Assembly (NCBI GenBank): GCA_013416795.1
Contig: RQSC01000015.1
Coordinates: forward strand, 617,218 to 681,217
Length of the DNA stretch: 64,000 nt
Direction of reading: 5' to 3'
Source of the DNA: Prasinococcaceae sp. CCMP 1430
Taxonomy: Eukaryota; Plantae; Prasinodermophyta
Shown: in pieces, positions 30,714 through 41,850 of the stretch
How positions within the stretch are numbered: the stretch's first letter is position 1
Layout of the letters: every line of letters starts with the position of its first letter
Program-made: the position numbers and the translations under genes
Notes under the pieces: generated by a model
Database searches by the model: none
What the model saw: the letters and a program-made list of their open reading frames with translations, nothing else
What the model was told of the DNA's origin: nothing

Positions 30714-31856
30714 ATGGTGGCGCCCGCTGCGGCTGCGCCCGCCGCGGAGAGCGCAAAGCCCGACGTGTGGACCGCGGCGGCGGCGGCGGCCAAGGCGGGC
30801 GCGCGTGACAGGCCAGACGCGGCGGTGTACGTCGTCGGGGCAGGGCGGGGCGGCAAGTCGACGCTCGTGCAGCGCTTCCTCTCAGCGGACAAGGCCGATG
30901 CGCCGCGACCGACTGCGCACGTCGAGTACACCTTCGGCCGGCGCGCGGCGGCGGGTTCTGTCGAGCGCAAGGACGTTGCACACATATGGGAGGTGGCCGG
31001 CTCGGACGAGCTGCAGGCCGAGTTCGCCGCTGCAGATCACTCATTCCTGCCCCTTTCCGCGCTCGCCACGGCGGTCGTCGTCATCGTCGTTGACTTGAGC
31101 GCTCCAGGCGACGTGCTGCCCACGCTCGAGCGATGGCTCGGACGCGTGCGGGCACGCCTCGACGCTGCATACGCGCGCCTGCGCCGGCGCGGCTCCAAGC
31201 TGCCCGACCAGCTGCTGTCCCGCGCTCGAAAGCTCTTCGGCGCGGCGCACGAGGACAGAGACGCGGTGCAGCACTTCGGAATACAGGTGGTGGTCGTTGC
31301 CACAAAGTATGACACCTTCATGGAAAGGGACGCCGAGTCGAAGAAGGTGATGACGCGAGCTCTGCGCTACTTCTGCCACACGAATGGATGCGGGTTGGTG
31401 ATGATCGGCGGCCTCGGGGGGGCAGCGGGCGGCAGCGGGGAGGGGGGGGTCAACGGCGGCGCCGCGAGCGCCGGTCTGACGCCGGCGCTGCGGCAACAAC
31501 TCGTGCATTATCGCGCGCTGCTCAACCACCTGGTGTTCCACACGGCCCCGCTGCGCGTGGCGGAGGGCGACCATAACAAGCCCGTCACTGTGCCTGTGGG
31601 CGCAGACAAGCTGCGCGCGATAGGCAAGCCAAAGGGTGGAGGCGAAGGGCACGCGGGGTGGCGTGCGCTCGTGGAGCAGTACTTTCCGCCGTCGGCAGAC
31701 GCCGAGCCGCGCGAGGAGGCGAGGTACACCATCGACGAGGACAAGTACGCCGAGGAGGAGATTGACATGTTGCGCTCACACAAGGACGCGGAGCTCGCGT
31801 CGGTGCTCAGGCAGAATCAGGCGGCTGCACAGGCGTCCAAGAGGCGAGCGAGATAG
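30714..31856 (+). CDS. DYNC2LI1: Cytoplasmic dynein-2 light intermediate chain (D1bLIC), retrograde IFT
   Basis: VVGAGRGGKSTLVQRFL, PRPTAHVEYTFGRR, KDVAHIWEVAG, VVIVVDLSAPG, VVVVATKYD, KKVMTRALRYFCHTNG, DHNKPVTVPVGADKL..IG, EEEIDMLRSHKD.EL. Confidence 0.88.
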   Translation: MVAPAAAAPAAESAKPDVWTAAAAAAKAGARDRPDAAVYVVGAGRGGKSTLVQRFLSADKADAPRPTAHVEYTFGRRAAAGSVERKDVAHIWEVAGSDELQAEFAAADHSFLPLSALATAVVVIVVDLSAPGDVLPTLERWLGRVRARLDAAYARLRRRGSKLPDQLLSRARKLFGAAHEDRDAVQHFGIQVVVVATKYDTFMERDAESKKVMTRALRYFCHTNGCGLVMIGGLGGAAGGSGEGGVNGGAASAGLTPALRQQLVHYRALLNHLVFHTAPLRVAEGDHNKPVTVPVGADKLRAIGKPKGGGEGHAGWRALVEQYFPPSADAEPREEARYTIDEDKYAEEEIDMLRSHKDAELASVLRQNQAAAQASKRRAR

Positions 31857-32094
31857 CGTTGAGCAGAGCACCTTTCACTCCGCGCGCGCGCGCGCTGCGG
31901 CGCGCTGCGCCTCACCCTGCCAGCGTCTGCTCGCTCTTTCCCTGCGCTGGTCTGTATTATCCCTGGATGGACGTGCCCGGGCGCGGGCGTCGAGCGCACG
32001 CGCCCCCCACCTCGCTCTCGCGCGCCTCGCGTCGCGTGGGGCCAAAAGGCTATGTTACAAGACGCGCTGCACGCGCGCGCGTGCGCGTGCGTGC

Positions 32095-33156
32095 TCACGC
32101 GCTCCCGTACATGTGCGTGCAGTTGAACGCGAGCGTCCAGAACAGCACGTACGACACGCCGCCAGCTGTCAGGCCGTCGAGGTACAGCGCCTGCATGAGG
32201 CGGTGCGCAATGGGAGCGCCCGAGGCGACGCCAAAAGAGCGTCAGACGCGAAATGAAAAGCATTGCGTCAGACGGCCCGCAAGCCCCGCGCGAGCAGGCG
32301 CGCAAGGGAGCGAGAGCCAGCATGCGCAGCGATAGCGCAGGCGCGCGCTCGCACCTTGGCGCTATGCGTCACCTGCGCGGGTCTGAAATGCGCCTTCGCG
32401 GCAAGCGCGGCTGAGGCAATCGCCATGAAGACCAAGTAGAATCCCGCACCTGACAAGCCCGTCAGGCCCAGGATGCCCGCGCAAAGCCCGCCGACGATCG
32501 ACATGAGGATGCGGCTACAATGGACGCGGCGAGCGGCGCGAGGCGATGCATGCACCGCAAAGGGTGCGATGGCGCACACCAACGTGAACGCAGCATCCGC
32601 CGGGACGCGCTCGTCAGCGCAGGCACGACGCGCCACGGCAGAGAGTGTGCGCAGGCGCGCGCAGGCGTGCGCGAGGGCACGCCCCAGGGCATGGTTCTGG
32701 ACGCTGGGGGGCAGGGGAACCCTAAGACCAGAGGTGCTGAGCCGCTGCTCGGCGTGCGCTTCGCGCGGCTCACATGTTTGTCGCCACGCGCATGTTGTGC
32801 TGCAGGTTCACCGGATTGTACAGCTTGCGATCGATCGTGCCGTCCGCATTCTGCTTGGACAGCACGACTGCGAGAGCGCGTGCGACAGACAGGGAGAGAG
32901 TGTGGGCGAGACGGGTGGTGGGAAGCGTGTCAGGCCAGAAACGTGGAGGCGACAACGCGCGTGCAGCGCCGCCCGGCGCGCCCAGCCAGCGCGACGCGCG
33001 GCCCATCCGCGCGCGAGCGCACCCTGCCGCCTCGCTGCCATCGCCGCCGTGCCTGGCCTCGGCGCCGGCGCGCCCTGTGGCGGGGGGCGCTCGGGCGGCC
33101 GCGCTGCAGCCCCCGGCGCCACCAGAAAAACAGCATGCCTCCACATCCTGTGCCAT
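32095..33156 (-). CDS. EMC6: ER membrane protein complex subunit 6, multi-exon; start tentative
   Basis: Spliced product YNPVNLQHNMRVATN-IRILMSIVGGLCAGILGLTGLSGAGFYL...AKAHF...-ALYLDGLTAGGVSYVLFWTLAFNCTHMY. Confidence 0.85.
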
Positions 33157-33290
33157 CAGGTACCCCACCTGTTCTTTTCTTCTTGTTTTGACCTTGGTTA
33201 AAAACTCTCCCGTGGTACAGTACGTTATGCAAAGACCATGTGTGTGGCACTTTGCGCGCGTGTCGGCCGCCAGACGGTGCGCGCGGCGCG

Positions 33291-35351
33291 ATGGCGAGCG
33301 GCGGCTGTGGCGGGGGCGGCCTTCCACCGCGCCCGGCCGCGGAAGCGGCCGCCGCCGCGGAGGCCGCCGCCGCGCTCGATGCCGTCGGCGTGAGTGCTGC
33401 CGACGCCGATGTGGCCGCGCGGGTACTCGAGGCGCTCGTGGCGGCCGAGGAAAGCGCGCTGCGCGCCAAGCCGTTCAAGCGGCTTCGCGGCGGCGCGCTC
33501 AAGCTGGCGGCGCGCATGCGGCTGTACGACGGCAAGAGCCCCGCCGACTTCTCTGAGGCGCGTCAGAACAGGCGCGCGGCCAAGCGCCGGGACGCGCGCG
33601 ACCGCGCTCTTGACAGGCAGCACGTGGACAAGACGTGCGCGCTGCGCGCAAGCCGCTTGCAGCGCCTCGGCGCACTGCACGGCGCCAACGCGCTTGCGAT
33701 GCTGGAGGGCCCCGTCGCTGCTGGCGACGACGCCCACGGTGGCGACGCGGCGAGGTGCGCGCTCCCGCTCATTCCCGACGGAGTCGCGCCAGGCGTCGGC
33801 GTTGCCGCCGACACGCTGCTACTGCGCGAGGGTGGCGCGGACGGCAAGCTCTGTGCGGGAGAGGGGGTCGATGGCGGTGGTGCGCATGCGGGCACCGCTG
33901 GCGCCGATGGCGCCGGCCCAGCTGGGCCCGCGGGCGACGGCGTGGACGCGGATGCGACGAGAAAGCGCCGCATGCTGAATGCCCCCCGCGGCTGCTACAC
34001 GTGCAAGCGTCGCTTCCGCGAGCTGCACCATTTCTACGACCGGCTCTGCCCTGAGTGCGCTGCTCTGAACTGGGCCAAGCGCCATGCCACCGCCGACCTG
34101 CAGGGCCGCTACGCGCTGGTCACCGGCGGGCGCGTGAAGATCGGCTTCCGCGTGGCGCTGCGGCTCCTTCGCTGCGGCGCTGGAGTGGTGGTGACCACGC
34201 GCTTCCCCGCGGACGCAGCGACGCGCTTCGCCGCGCAGGACGACTTCGAGACTTTCCGAGGAAGGCTGCAGGTGATCAGCCTTGACCTGCGCGACCTCAA
34301 GCGCGTACAGCGCTTCACACAGCTGCTCGAGACCCACGTGCCGCACCTCGACATCGTTGTGAACAACGCCTGCCAGACGGTGCGGCGACCACCCGCCTAC
34401 TACAGGCACCTCATGGGGCTCGAGGCGACCGCTAAGGAGTGGCTCGGGGAGGGCGCCACGGATGTGCTCAAGGTGGAGCACTCCAGCTGGCACGGGGGTG
34501 CCGCCATCGAGCGCGGTGCTGCTTCGGGCGGCGAGGCGCTGGAGGCAGCCAGCGATGCCGAGGGTGGGGCGGCCGCCGGGGGGTCGGGTGGGGCCGGCGA
34601 GGGCGCGGGGGCGGTGGCGCGTGAGCAGGGATTGGGCAGCAAATCTGCAGTGGACGCGCTGCACAGCGCGGCACTGAGCCAGGTGCCAGTGCTCGCGAGC
34701 GACACCGCCGCCGCTGCGGAGCACTTTCCCGAGGGCGCCTACGACGTCAACGGCCAGCAAGTGGACCTTCGACCAAAAAACAGCTGGAAGCTGCGCCTGC
34801 ACGAGGTAGATGTGGGTGAGCTGCTCGAGGTGTTGGCCGTCAACGCCGCGAGCCCGTTCGCGCTCAACTCGCAGCTGAAGCCGCTGCTGCTGCGCTCGCC
34901 ACACGAGTATCGATTCGTCGTCAATGTGAGCGCCATGGAGGGCAAGTTCTACCGCAAGAAGACCTCCAACCATCCGCACACCAACATGGCCAAGGCCGCG
35001 CTCAACATGATGACGCACACAAGCGCGGAGGATTACGCCGCGGAGGGCATCTTTATGAACAGTGTGGATACTGGCTGGATCAACGACGAGAATCCGCTGC
35101 CGGACGCCGCTCGCATCGCCAAGGACAACTTCTTTCAAACTCCGATCGACGAGTGCGTGAGCGCGCCCCCACGCGCGCCCCCTCCCACACGACGCGCGCC
35201 ATCGCTGACCCTCGACGCCCGCCGCAGGGAGGATGCCGCCGCGCGCGTGCTGGATCCCGTGCTGGCGTACGCTCACCTCCCCACCGAGGGCTCCGACGAC
35301 CGCCCCCCCTACGGCCTCTTCTGGAAGGACTACAAGGTATCGGAATGGTGA
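33291..35351 (+). CDS. Short-chain dehydrogenase/reductase with an N-terminal CxxC..CxxC zinc ribbon; 75-nt intron 35153-35227
   Basis: CYTCKRRFRELHHFYDRLCPEC, ALVTGGRVKIG, VTTRFP, DIVVNNACQT, VNVSAMEGKF, HPHTNMAKAALNMMT, MNSVDTGWI, P.DE-EDAAARVLDP. Confidence 0.88.
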   Translation: MASGGCGGGGLPPRPAAEAAAAAEAAAALDAVGVSAADADVAARVLEALVAAEESALRAKPFKRLRGGALKLAARMRLYDGKSPADFSEARQNRRAAKRRDARDRALDRQHVDKTCALRASRLQRLGALHGANALAMLEGPVAAGDDAHGGDAARCALPLIPDGVAPGVGVAADTLLLREGGADGKLCAGEGVDGGGAHAGTAGADGAGPAGPAGDGVDADATRKRRMLNAPRGCYTCKRRFRELHHFYDRLCPECAALNWAKRHATADLQGRYALVTGGRVKIGFRVALRLLRCGAGVVVTTRFPADAATRFAAQDDFETFRGRLQVISLDLRDLKRVQRFTQLLETHVPHLDIVVNNACQTVRRPPAYYRHLMGLEATAKEWLGEGATDVLKVEHSSWHGGAAIERGAASGGEALEAASDAEGGAAAGGSGGAGEGAGAVAREQGLGSKSAVDALHSAALSQVPVLASDTAAAAEHFPEGAYDVNGQQVDLRPKNSWKLRLHEVDVGELLEVLAVNAASPFALNSQLKPLLLRSPHEYRFVVNVSAMEGKFYRKKTSNHPHTNMAKAALNMMTHTSAEDYAAEGIFMNSVDTGWINDENPLPDAARIAKDNFFQTPIDECVSAPPRAPPPTRRAPSLTLDARRREDAAARVLDPVLAYAHLPTEGSDDRPPYGLFWKDYKVSEW

Positions 35352-35392
35352 GCGCTTGTACAGAAAATCATGTCTTACAACACACAGTCGGC

Positions 35393-35938
35393 TCATGGCT
35401 CACTCATAGACGCCCTCCGACGCGCGCTGCGGCGCGGCCTGCCGCCAAAGCGCGTGAGGATGTTGTCCACGCTGTATCGGTCGTCCCTTGCTTCGTCTGA
35501 ATCGCTGCTGGAGCTTGAGCTGCTGCTGCTGCTGCTGCTGCTGCTGTCACTGCTGCTGTCGCTGCTGCTGCTGCTGCCGATGTCGTCGAGCACGGCGGCA
35601 GCCTTGGCGAGCCTGCGCGCTCGCGCCAAGTCCGCGCGCCCACCGCCGGCGGCCGGAGCTTGTTGCGCACGCCAGCCTCGAAGCGCCTCATCTGCGGGCA
35701 GGCCGCCGCACTGCCTCTCGAGCAGCCTTGCCACGTGTTCGGGCGAAGACACTCCCCTCACCTTCAGTCCCAGCGGCAACACGACGGTGTTCGGTCCGGC
35801 CCCGCACTTGCCGAGGCACCCGCAGCCGCTCACGCTGACGCCCTCCGGCGCCATCTGCTGCATCCAATGGAGCGTGTCCCGCGAGCCTTGCCTCTTGCAC
35901 GCCTTGTTGGTGCACACGAGCACCTCGTCGTTCGCCAT
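35393..35938 (-). CDS. Thioredoxin-like [2Fe-2S] ferredoxin-domain protein with a poly-Ser tail; true start may lie further upstream
   Basis: EVLVCTNKACKRQGS...CGCLGKCGAGPN carries the Cx4C...Cx3C ligand set. Confidence 0.8.
   Translation of the reverse strand: MANDEVLVCTNKACKRQGSRDTLHWMQQMAPEGVSVSGCGCLGKCGAGPNTVVLPLGLKVRGVSSPEHVARLLERQCGGLPADEALRGWRAQQAPAAGGGRADLARARRLAKAAAVLDDIGSSSSSDSSSDSSSSSSSSSSSSSSDSDEARDDRYSVDNILTRFGGRPRRSARRRASMSEP
35516..35578. repeat. (CTG/AGC)n tract encoding poly-Ser
   Basis: Interrupted GCT repeat, direct read. Confidence 0.8.
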
Positions 35939-36411
35939 CGGCGCGCCGTCGGCGCCGCCCACGCGCTCGCCAGCCCCGTCCGCCCCCGCCCCCGCCGCGG
36001 GGCGGCGCCTGCGCCCCCCTCGCAGGCGCGCGCGCCGCCTGCGCGCGCGCGCGCCTCGCCCCCGCCATCAAAACGCACCCGCGGGGCGTCACCGAAAAAG
36101 ATCCGGCCCGCGGGGGCGCGCAGAACGGCGCCAGCTCAGCTCGGCCCCAATCTGCGATCCCAACCCGAACCTCGCCCTTTCGACTGGAGTGAGTCTATAG
36201 CCTACAGCACACTTTGTACAGCAACTGAAATCGCATTTAGGCGATATATCAGGTCGACGACGGTCTGAAAACGGCGTTACTTCGGACGGGCGGGCGCGGG
36301 CGCGGCCGCGTTCGGCGGCGGGGCCTCGGTTGCTGCGGGGTGGCTGGCGCCGATCGTCTGCGCGCGCCGGCTGTCTGCGCGTTGTCAGTGTCGGAGCGCT
36401 GCGGGCTCCGC

Positions 36412-39165
36412 TCAGCAGTAGAATGTCATCTCGGGGGAAGGGGGGCGAGGCGGGTCGTCGCGCCCGGACTCGGAACTGGCAGCAATGACCGGCAGCGTCG
36501 ACGTGCCCGCCACGCCGGCAAAGTGCACCCCGCAGTCCTCATGGCGCCAGTGCGAATCCTCGAACCCGTAGATGTCGCGCACGCTCTCCCAGTGACCCAG
36601 CGCGCGTGCCTCCCAGTAGCCACCCGCGTACTGCCAGCTGGTTTTGTTCTTCGCGCCGTCCACCGACGGCACAGGCCGGAACCAACGCGCGGGCGGCTTG
36701 TAGCCCTTGGCCTGCCGCTTGCGCGCGTCGCGCTGCTTGCGCTCCAGACGCTGCTTCTCTTTGTTGGCGAGACCGAAGCGCCCCTCCTCCTGCGCCCGCT
36801 GGTCGGGGCGCAGCCGGGAGTCGGTCGGGCACACGCCCGAAATGTCGGGCGTGAGCTCGTTGAGCGTCACTGCGAACGGCGTCAGCGCGTAGCGCTCCTT
36901 GGGATTCCTCTGCGCCGCACGCCACAGGGTGCGGCCGCCGAGATTTATCGCCCCGGCAGCGGCGCGGCTGAGTTCCCTGGCGGAAGGCGCTTTCCTGCCT
37001 CGTGCGTCGACCATCGCAAGCGAGGTGTCCCACTTGCCAACCAGGTGGCACAGCTTGGCTCCCGTGTTCGCATTGGAGATGTGCCCCAGCACCTGGTGTG
37101 GGTTGCGCTCCAAGATGTTGGACTCCTTGAATTTCAACTTGCACTTGAGGCCTGCGCGCGAACTCTTGATGCGCATGGTGCCATAGTGGTCGATGTACAG
37201 CTTGCCAATGATGAGGTTGTGGATGCTCGACACAACCTTGTGCCACTGGAAGGACTCACCGTCGGCGAAGGACACGCGCAGCACGCCGTGCGGGGTGATC
37301 TCGATGGAGCGACCCCAGAATTTTGACTTGAGGATGACGTCGGCTTCGTAGCGCCAGCCGTTGCCCTCGGCGACCATCGCGAGGGTCGTTGGGTGGTGGA
37401 CCACCTTTTCGGACAGGAAGCGCACGCCAGTGGCAGGGTCGTACCGTTCGTACGTCTCGCCGAGCAGGGGGTTGAAGGGCTTCTTCGTGCGCCCCAGCGT
37501 GCTCGCGTAGCCGCTCACCGCGAACGCTGCGACAAGCGCCATCCGATCAACGGGGTCAGACGTCAACGCGGCGGCGTCGAGGAGGTGGGTGTACTCGACC
37601 TCCTCGGCGCTCTTCTGCAGCGCGCTGATTGGCTCGTTGAAGAAGACTGGCAGGCAGATCTTCGTGAGGTCTTTGCCGATCGCGTCTTTGATGATCGCCC
37701 ACAGCGAGACGCTGCGCTCCTCCTCTATTGGCGAGGGCAGCCGTTGCCGGCGCTTTAGTGTGGCAGCTGCGGAGCGCTGCTCTCCAGGCTCTGTGGGGGC
37801 GTCCTTTTTCGAGTCGGAGAGAGTTGCTTCGGGGGCGGAGTCGGCCCCAGCGGTGCTCGCGGTGCCTGCCAAGGTGTCTGCTCCAATTGGCCCTCCGGCC
37901 TGCTCGAGCTGCAGGGCTGCCATCGCCGGCGGAACCTCCTCGAGCGCGTCGAAGAAGTCGCATGCGTCATCATCGTCGTCCTCGACGAGCGAGGTGCCAC
38001 CAGTTCTGTCACACACCAGCGATGAGGGGGTCGATTCACTTCTCAAGACTGTCCCCGGGGTGCTCGTGGCTGCCGCGCTCATGCGACTGACCGCACTCAT
38101 TGCCATGCTGCTACCATCAGCGCTACTAGAGCGCGGGGTCATTGGTGAATTCCCCCCCTCCGCGCCGCCGTTGCCGCTGGCCAGCGCAGCTTGTGCCTGC
38201 AGCAGGCGCAGTTCGAGCTCGCGCTTGTCCTCCTCGAGCGAGCGCAGGTAGTCGAGGAGCGCGCGACGCTTGGCGCGCTCCCCCTCTAGCGCAGCAGCGC
38301 CCGCTGACCACTCGACGGCCGCTGCGGCTGCGGCGGCATCGGCTGGTTTCGCAGAGTCGTCACACTGCTCGGCGGCAGCGGCAGCAGCGGCGGCAGCTGT
38401 CGTGTGGAGCGCGGGCGCTGCTGCGAGCCCACGCGAGAGCCCTGGCGACGGCATCTCGGTGGCAGAGTCAATAGACCACCGCGCCCGTGGCGTGCTCGTG
38501 CCCTCGCCCTTGACCACGTCCCCCTCTGCAGGTGCGTTGCCGCCGGTGACACTCAGCGCAATGCCTCGTGCTGAGACACTTGCACCCGCAGCATCGCCGG
38601 CACCAGTGGGCGCGGCGGCGGCGGGCGCGGCGGAAGCGCCGCGCAACGCCTGTATCCATGCGTCACGGTCATTAGCTGAATCCACGCGCAGCACGACGGA
38701 GTGGCCGCCGGCCGTCTGGACGCTCAGCCTGCGCTCATCGCTCGCACTGGCCTCAATGCGCGCGCCATCGATGTGCATGCGCGCGGCCAGGGAGCACGTG
38801 GGCGCCGACGGGGGCGGCGGGGGCGGCGGATGCGCCCCCGCGCGCAGCACCGCCCCATCTATGCCAACCACACGCACCGCCGCACGCGCCTCTGCCGCAG
38901 CAGCCGACACCGTCGTGCGTTCGACAGGGCCAGGCGGCCCCCCGCTCGGCGATCCCCCGCTGGTAAGCTTGTACAGCCGCAGTTCGCCGCCGCGCGCCGC
39001 CGCGCCACAGCCGGTCGCGGGCGTCACTACGGCGAGGCGGCGGCGGTAGCCGCTAAAGCGGTTGGTCCACTTGAGAACTACGCCGGCCACCGCGTGCGGC
39101 GCCTCGGCGCTCGGCGCTGCGAGGGGTGAGGGCGCGCAGGCGCCGTGAACAGGCAGCGTCAGCAT
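36412..39165 (-). CDS. Oxysterol-binding-protein-related protein (PH + ORD, plant ORP1/2 type), single exon; start tentative
   Basis: PH domain GVVLKWTNRFSGYRRR...RDAWIQAL; ORD domain SLWAIIKDAIGKDLTKICLPVFFNEP, KPFNPLLGETYE, SEKVVHHP, KSKFWGRS, PTDSRLRPDQRAQEEG. Confidence 0.92.
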   Translation of the reverse strand: MLTLPVHGACAPSPLAAPSAEAPHAVAGVVLKWTNRFSGYRRRLAVVTPATGCGAAARGGELRLYKLTSGGSPSGGPPGPVERTTVSAAAAEARAAVRVVGIDGAVLRAGAHPPPPPPPSAPTCSLAARMHIDGARIEASASDERRLSVQTAGGHSVVLRVDSANDRDAWIQALRGASAAPAAAAPTGAGDAAGASVSARGIALSVTGGNAPAEGDVVKGEGTSTPRARWSIDSATEMPSPGLSRGLAAAPALHTTAAAAAAAAAEQCDDSAKPADAAAAAAAVEWSAGAAALEGERAKRRALLDYLRSLEEDKRELELRLLQAQAALASGNGGAEGGNSPMTPRSSSADGSSMAMSAVSRMSAAATSTPGTVLRSESTPSSLVCDRTGGTSLVEDDDDDACDFFDALEEVPPAMAALQLEQAGGPIGADTLAGTASTAGADSAPEATLSDSKKDAPTEPGEQRSAAATLKRRQRLPSPIEEERSVSLWAIIKDAIGKDLTKICLPVFFNEPISALQKSAEEVEYTHLLDAAALTSDPVDRMALVAAFAVSGYASTLGRTKKPFNPLLGETYERYDPATGVRFLSEKVVHHPTTLAMVAEGNGWRYEADVILKSKFWGRSIEITPHGVLRVSFADGESFQWHKVVSSIHNLIIGKLYIDHYGTMRIKSSRAGLKCKLKFKESNILERNPHQVLGHISNANTGAKLCHLVGKWDTSLAMVDARGRKAPSARELSRAAAGAINLGGRTLWRAAQRNPKERYALTPFAVTLNELTPDISGVCPTDSRLRPDQRAQEEGRFGLANKEKQRLERKQRDARKRQAKGYKPPARWFRPVPSVDGAKNKTSWQYAGGYWEARALGHWESVRDIYGFEDSHWRHEDCGVHFAGVAGTSTLPVIAASSESGRDDPPRPPSPEMTFYC

Positions 39166-39695
39166 CTCTCGGAACACGACGCACCTGTGAGCGGGCGCGG
39201 GCGCAAGGGCAGCAAAGCGCGCCGCGCGGGCGCGGGCGCACGCACTTTCAAGTAGCATCGCAGGTGGCGCGCGGCCGGCCGCGGCGTGCGGCCTTGCTCA
39301 CGTCCGCAATGCGCCCCGCTGCGAATCGCGGGGCGCTTGTGACGCGGGGGATAGGGGTGGGGGCTCCCAACGCGCTCCCCACGCCCACGCGCGCGTGCGC
39401 CCTCGGGGAATCGCGCGGTCCGCACAGCCCCGAACGGGACAAGAATCGCAGGATCTGCCACCATTCAAAGTTCATTGAAATTTAACCCTTCATTATACCC
39501 TAAATGCGCAACCCGAATGACTCGATTGATCGGCCGAAAGGAGAGCGCGCGGGAGCGTGGCGCAGTCGCGTCCTCGCGGGACGCCACTGCTGGGCACGGC
39601 AACATTACTGCGAAGGAGCGGGCGCGAGGGGCGGCGCGCCGTTGGCCGGGGTCCGCCCGCGCGCCGGCGCCGCGGGTGGCGCGACGCTCGTGCCT

Positions 39696-41804
39696 TTAGC
39701 TCAGCCCGGGCCACATGCCGGGCGCATCCGGCGGCGAGGGCGGCGGCATCTCCCCACCCCCCCTGCCCCCGTTGTCGGCGTTGCCCTCGACAGACGTGGC
39801 CTTCGGACGCGGTTTGTGGTGCTCCCTCTCCGGCATGCGTGGATTTTTCTCGAAGAGCAGCGGTAGCGGGTTGCGCTCGGACTGCATGATGTTGTACGCG
39901 CGGCGGAGCTCGCGCTTGAGGAAGGGCAGCGTGTTCCGGTCGACCACGCGGCCCAGGTCGTGCGAGGTGTTGAACGGATCCTCGATGCAGATCAGGTGCC
40001 GCTCTGTTCCCACGCGGCGCGTCCAACCCTTGGAGCTCTTGGTCACCATCTTCCCCAAGCGTGGGCTCACGACTGTCGAGTTCCAGTCATGTCTCTCCTG
40101 CCAGTACGCAAAAAAAGCGAAGAGCAGCTCTGCAATAGACTCGGTGTTGCGGCGCCCAGAGGCGGCGTGCGCCTCGCGTAGGCGCACCACGTCGTCGCAG
40201 TAGTCGCACCGCCAGCCGTCGATAGTGCGGCGGAAGGTGGGGGACAGCTGCTGCAGTGCTGGAAGCACCGCTGGTCGGCGCGTCTGCAGCACGTATAGGC
40301 ACGATAGCACATAGGCGTACGAGCTCAGCGTCCCCTCGTAGGCGGAGCAGCAGTTGCGCTGCTTGGCCCAGTGCTTGACCACGATCACCAGCTGGCCCAC
40401 GCGCGGGTCTATCGCCGCGTAGTCGCGCAGCAGCTTTGTGTTGGCCACCGCGAGCATGTTATCGAAGCACACATCGCAGTCGATGCCAGTGTCCTTGTCG
40501 ACGAATTTAACCACCGGGATGCGAGCATGCGAGATGGCCTTGACGTCCCGCATGCCCTCAGCCTCGAGCATTTCGCCGACCTCCTCGCAGAGCTCGTCCG
40601 GCGGCCGATGCTCTTGGCTGCGCTGCTCAAGAGCCAGGTCGAGGTCGAAGCTCTTGGTCGCGAAGCCGTTCGCTGCCGAACCGAACAGGTGCAGCACGCT
40701 ATCAGGGTAGCGACGACGAAACAGCTCGGACAATCGTCCGAAGAGCTCGTTGCGTGCGCGCACCTCCTCCTCGCTCGGGCGCAATGACGACACCAGCGCG
40801 AGCAGCTCGGCGTCCGCGCGCTCAAGGTCAGCGTGCACGCGCAGCTCGGAGCGGCGCTGCCGAGCGTTCGCCTGGTCGGCAGGGCCCAGCTGTAGAGGCT
40901 GCGGGTCGGCGAGGCGCACCACGCGGCTCGGCTCGATAGCGTCCCCGAAGTTCTTCTTCCTGCGCTTCTCCTCCTCCTGCTGCACTCTGCGGCTGTGCCC
41001 AGCCTCGCCTCGACGGCGCTGGTCGTTCGGGTGCGACTGCCCCGGCCCGGGGTGTGCCTGTTGCAGCTGCCGCGGCGCGTGCTGCGGGGGTGGCGCTTGC
41101 GGCATGTGCCGCGGCTGTGGCGCGTGCTGCGGCGGCGGGGGCGGATGCTGCTGCAATGAGTGCGTCGCGCCCAGGTGCTGGGGCGGTTGCTGCGCGTGCT
41201 GCGGCATGAGATGCGGCTGCAGCTGCGGGCCCGGGCCCGGGCCCGGGCCGGGGCCGGGGCCGGGGTGCGCGCCACGCTGCCCGAGGAGGGCGTGCTGCTG
41301 CGCTTGTGCGCCAGCACCCCCGAGCTGCATCCCCGCGAAGGCTGCATCGAGGGCACCGGGCGGTGCCGAGACCGCGCTCGCGTTGACGCCGACGCCCAGG
41401 CCGGGGCCTGGTGGTGGTGCAGACGTGCGCGGTAAGGGCGGCGCTGCGTCACCGAGGCCAAGGAGGCTCTTCAGCCCCTGCGAAGCATCCGTGCCACCAC
41501 CACCCCGGCCCGGTGGAAGCATACCGGCTACGGGAGGGGGGGCGTGTCCGCCTGGGGCGACGCCGCCAAGGGGCGCGAACTGGGTGCCGCCGCCCGACCA
41601 CATGCCGCCGCCCCCAAGCCCTCCCAGGCCGCTCAGACCGCCGAGGCGAACCCCAGGCCCATTGCCGCCAGGTGCCGGCGGTGGCGCATCCCATAGCCCT
41701 GCGCCGAGGCTGGCGGGGACCTGCTGCCAAGGCTCCTGTGGGTGTGAGCCCGCACCGCCAGGATCGCCCGACCCTGATACCATCTGCCATGGTTCGAGCG
41801 GGGC

Positions 41805-41850
<46 letters not shown>

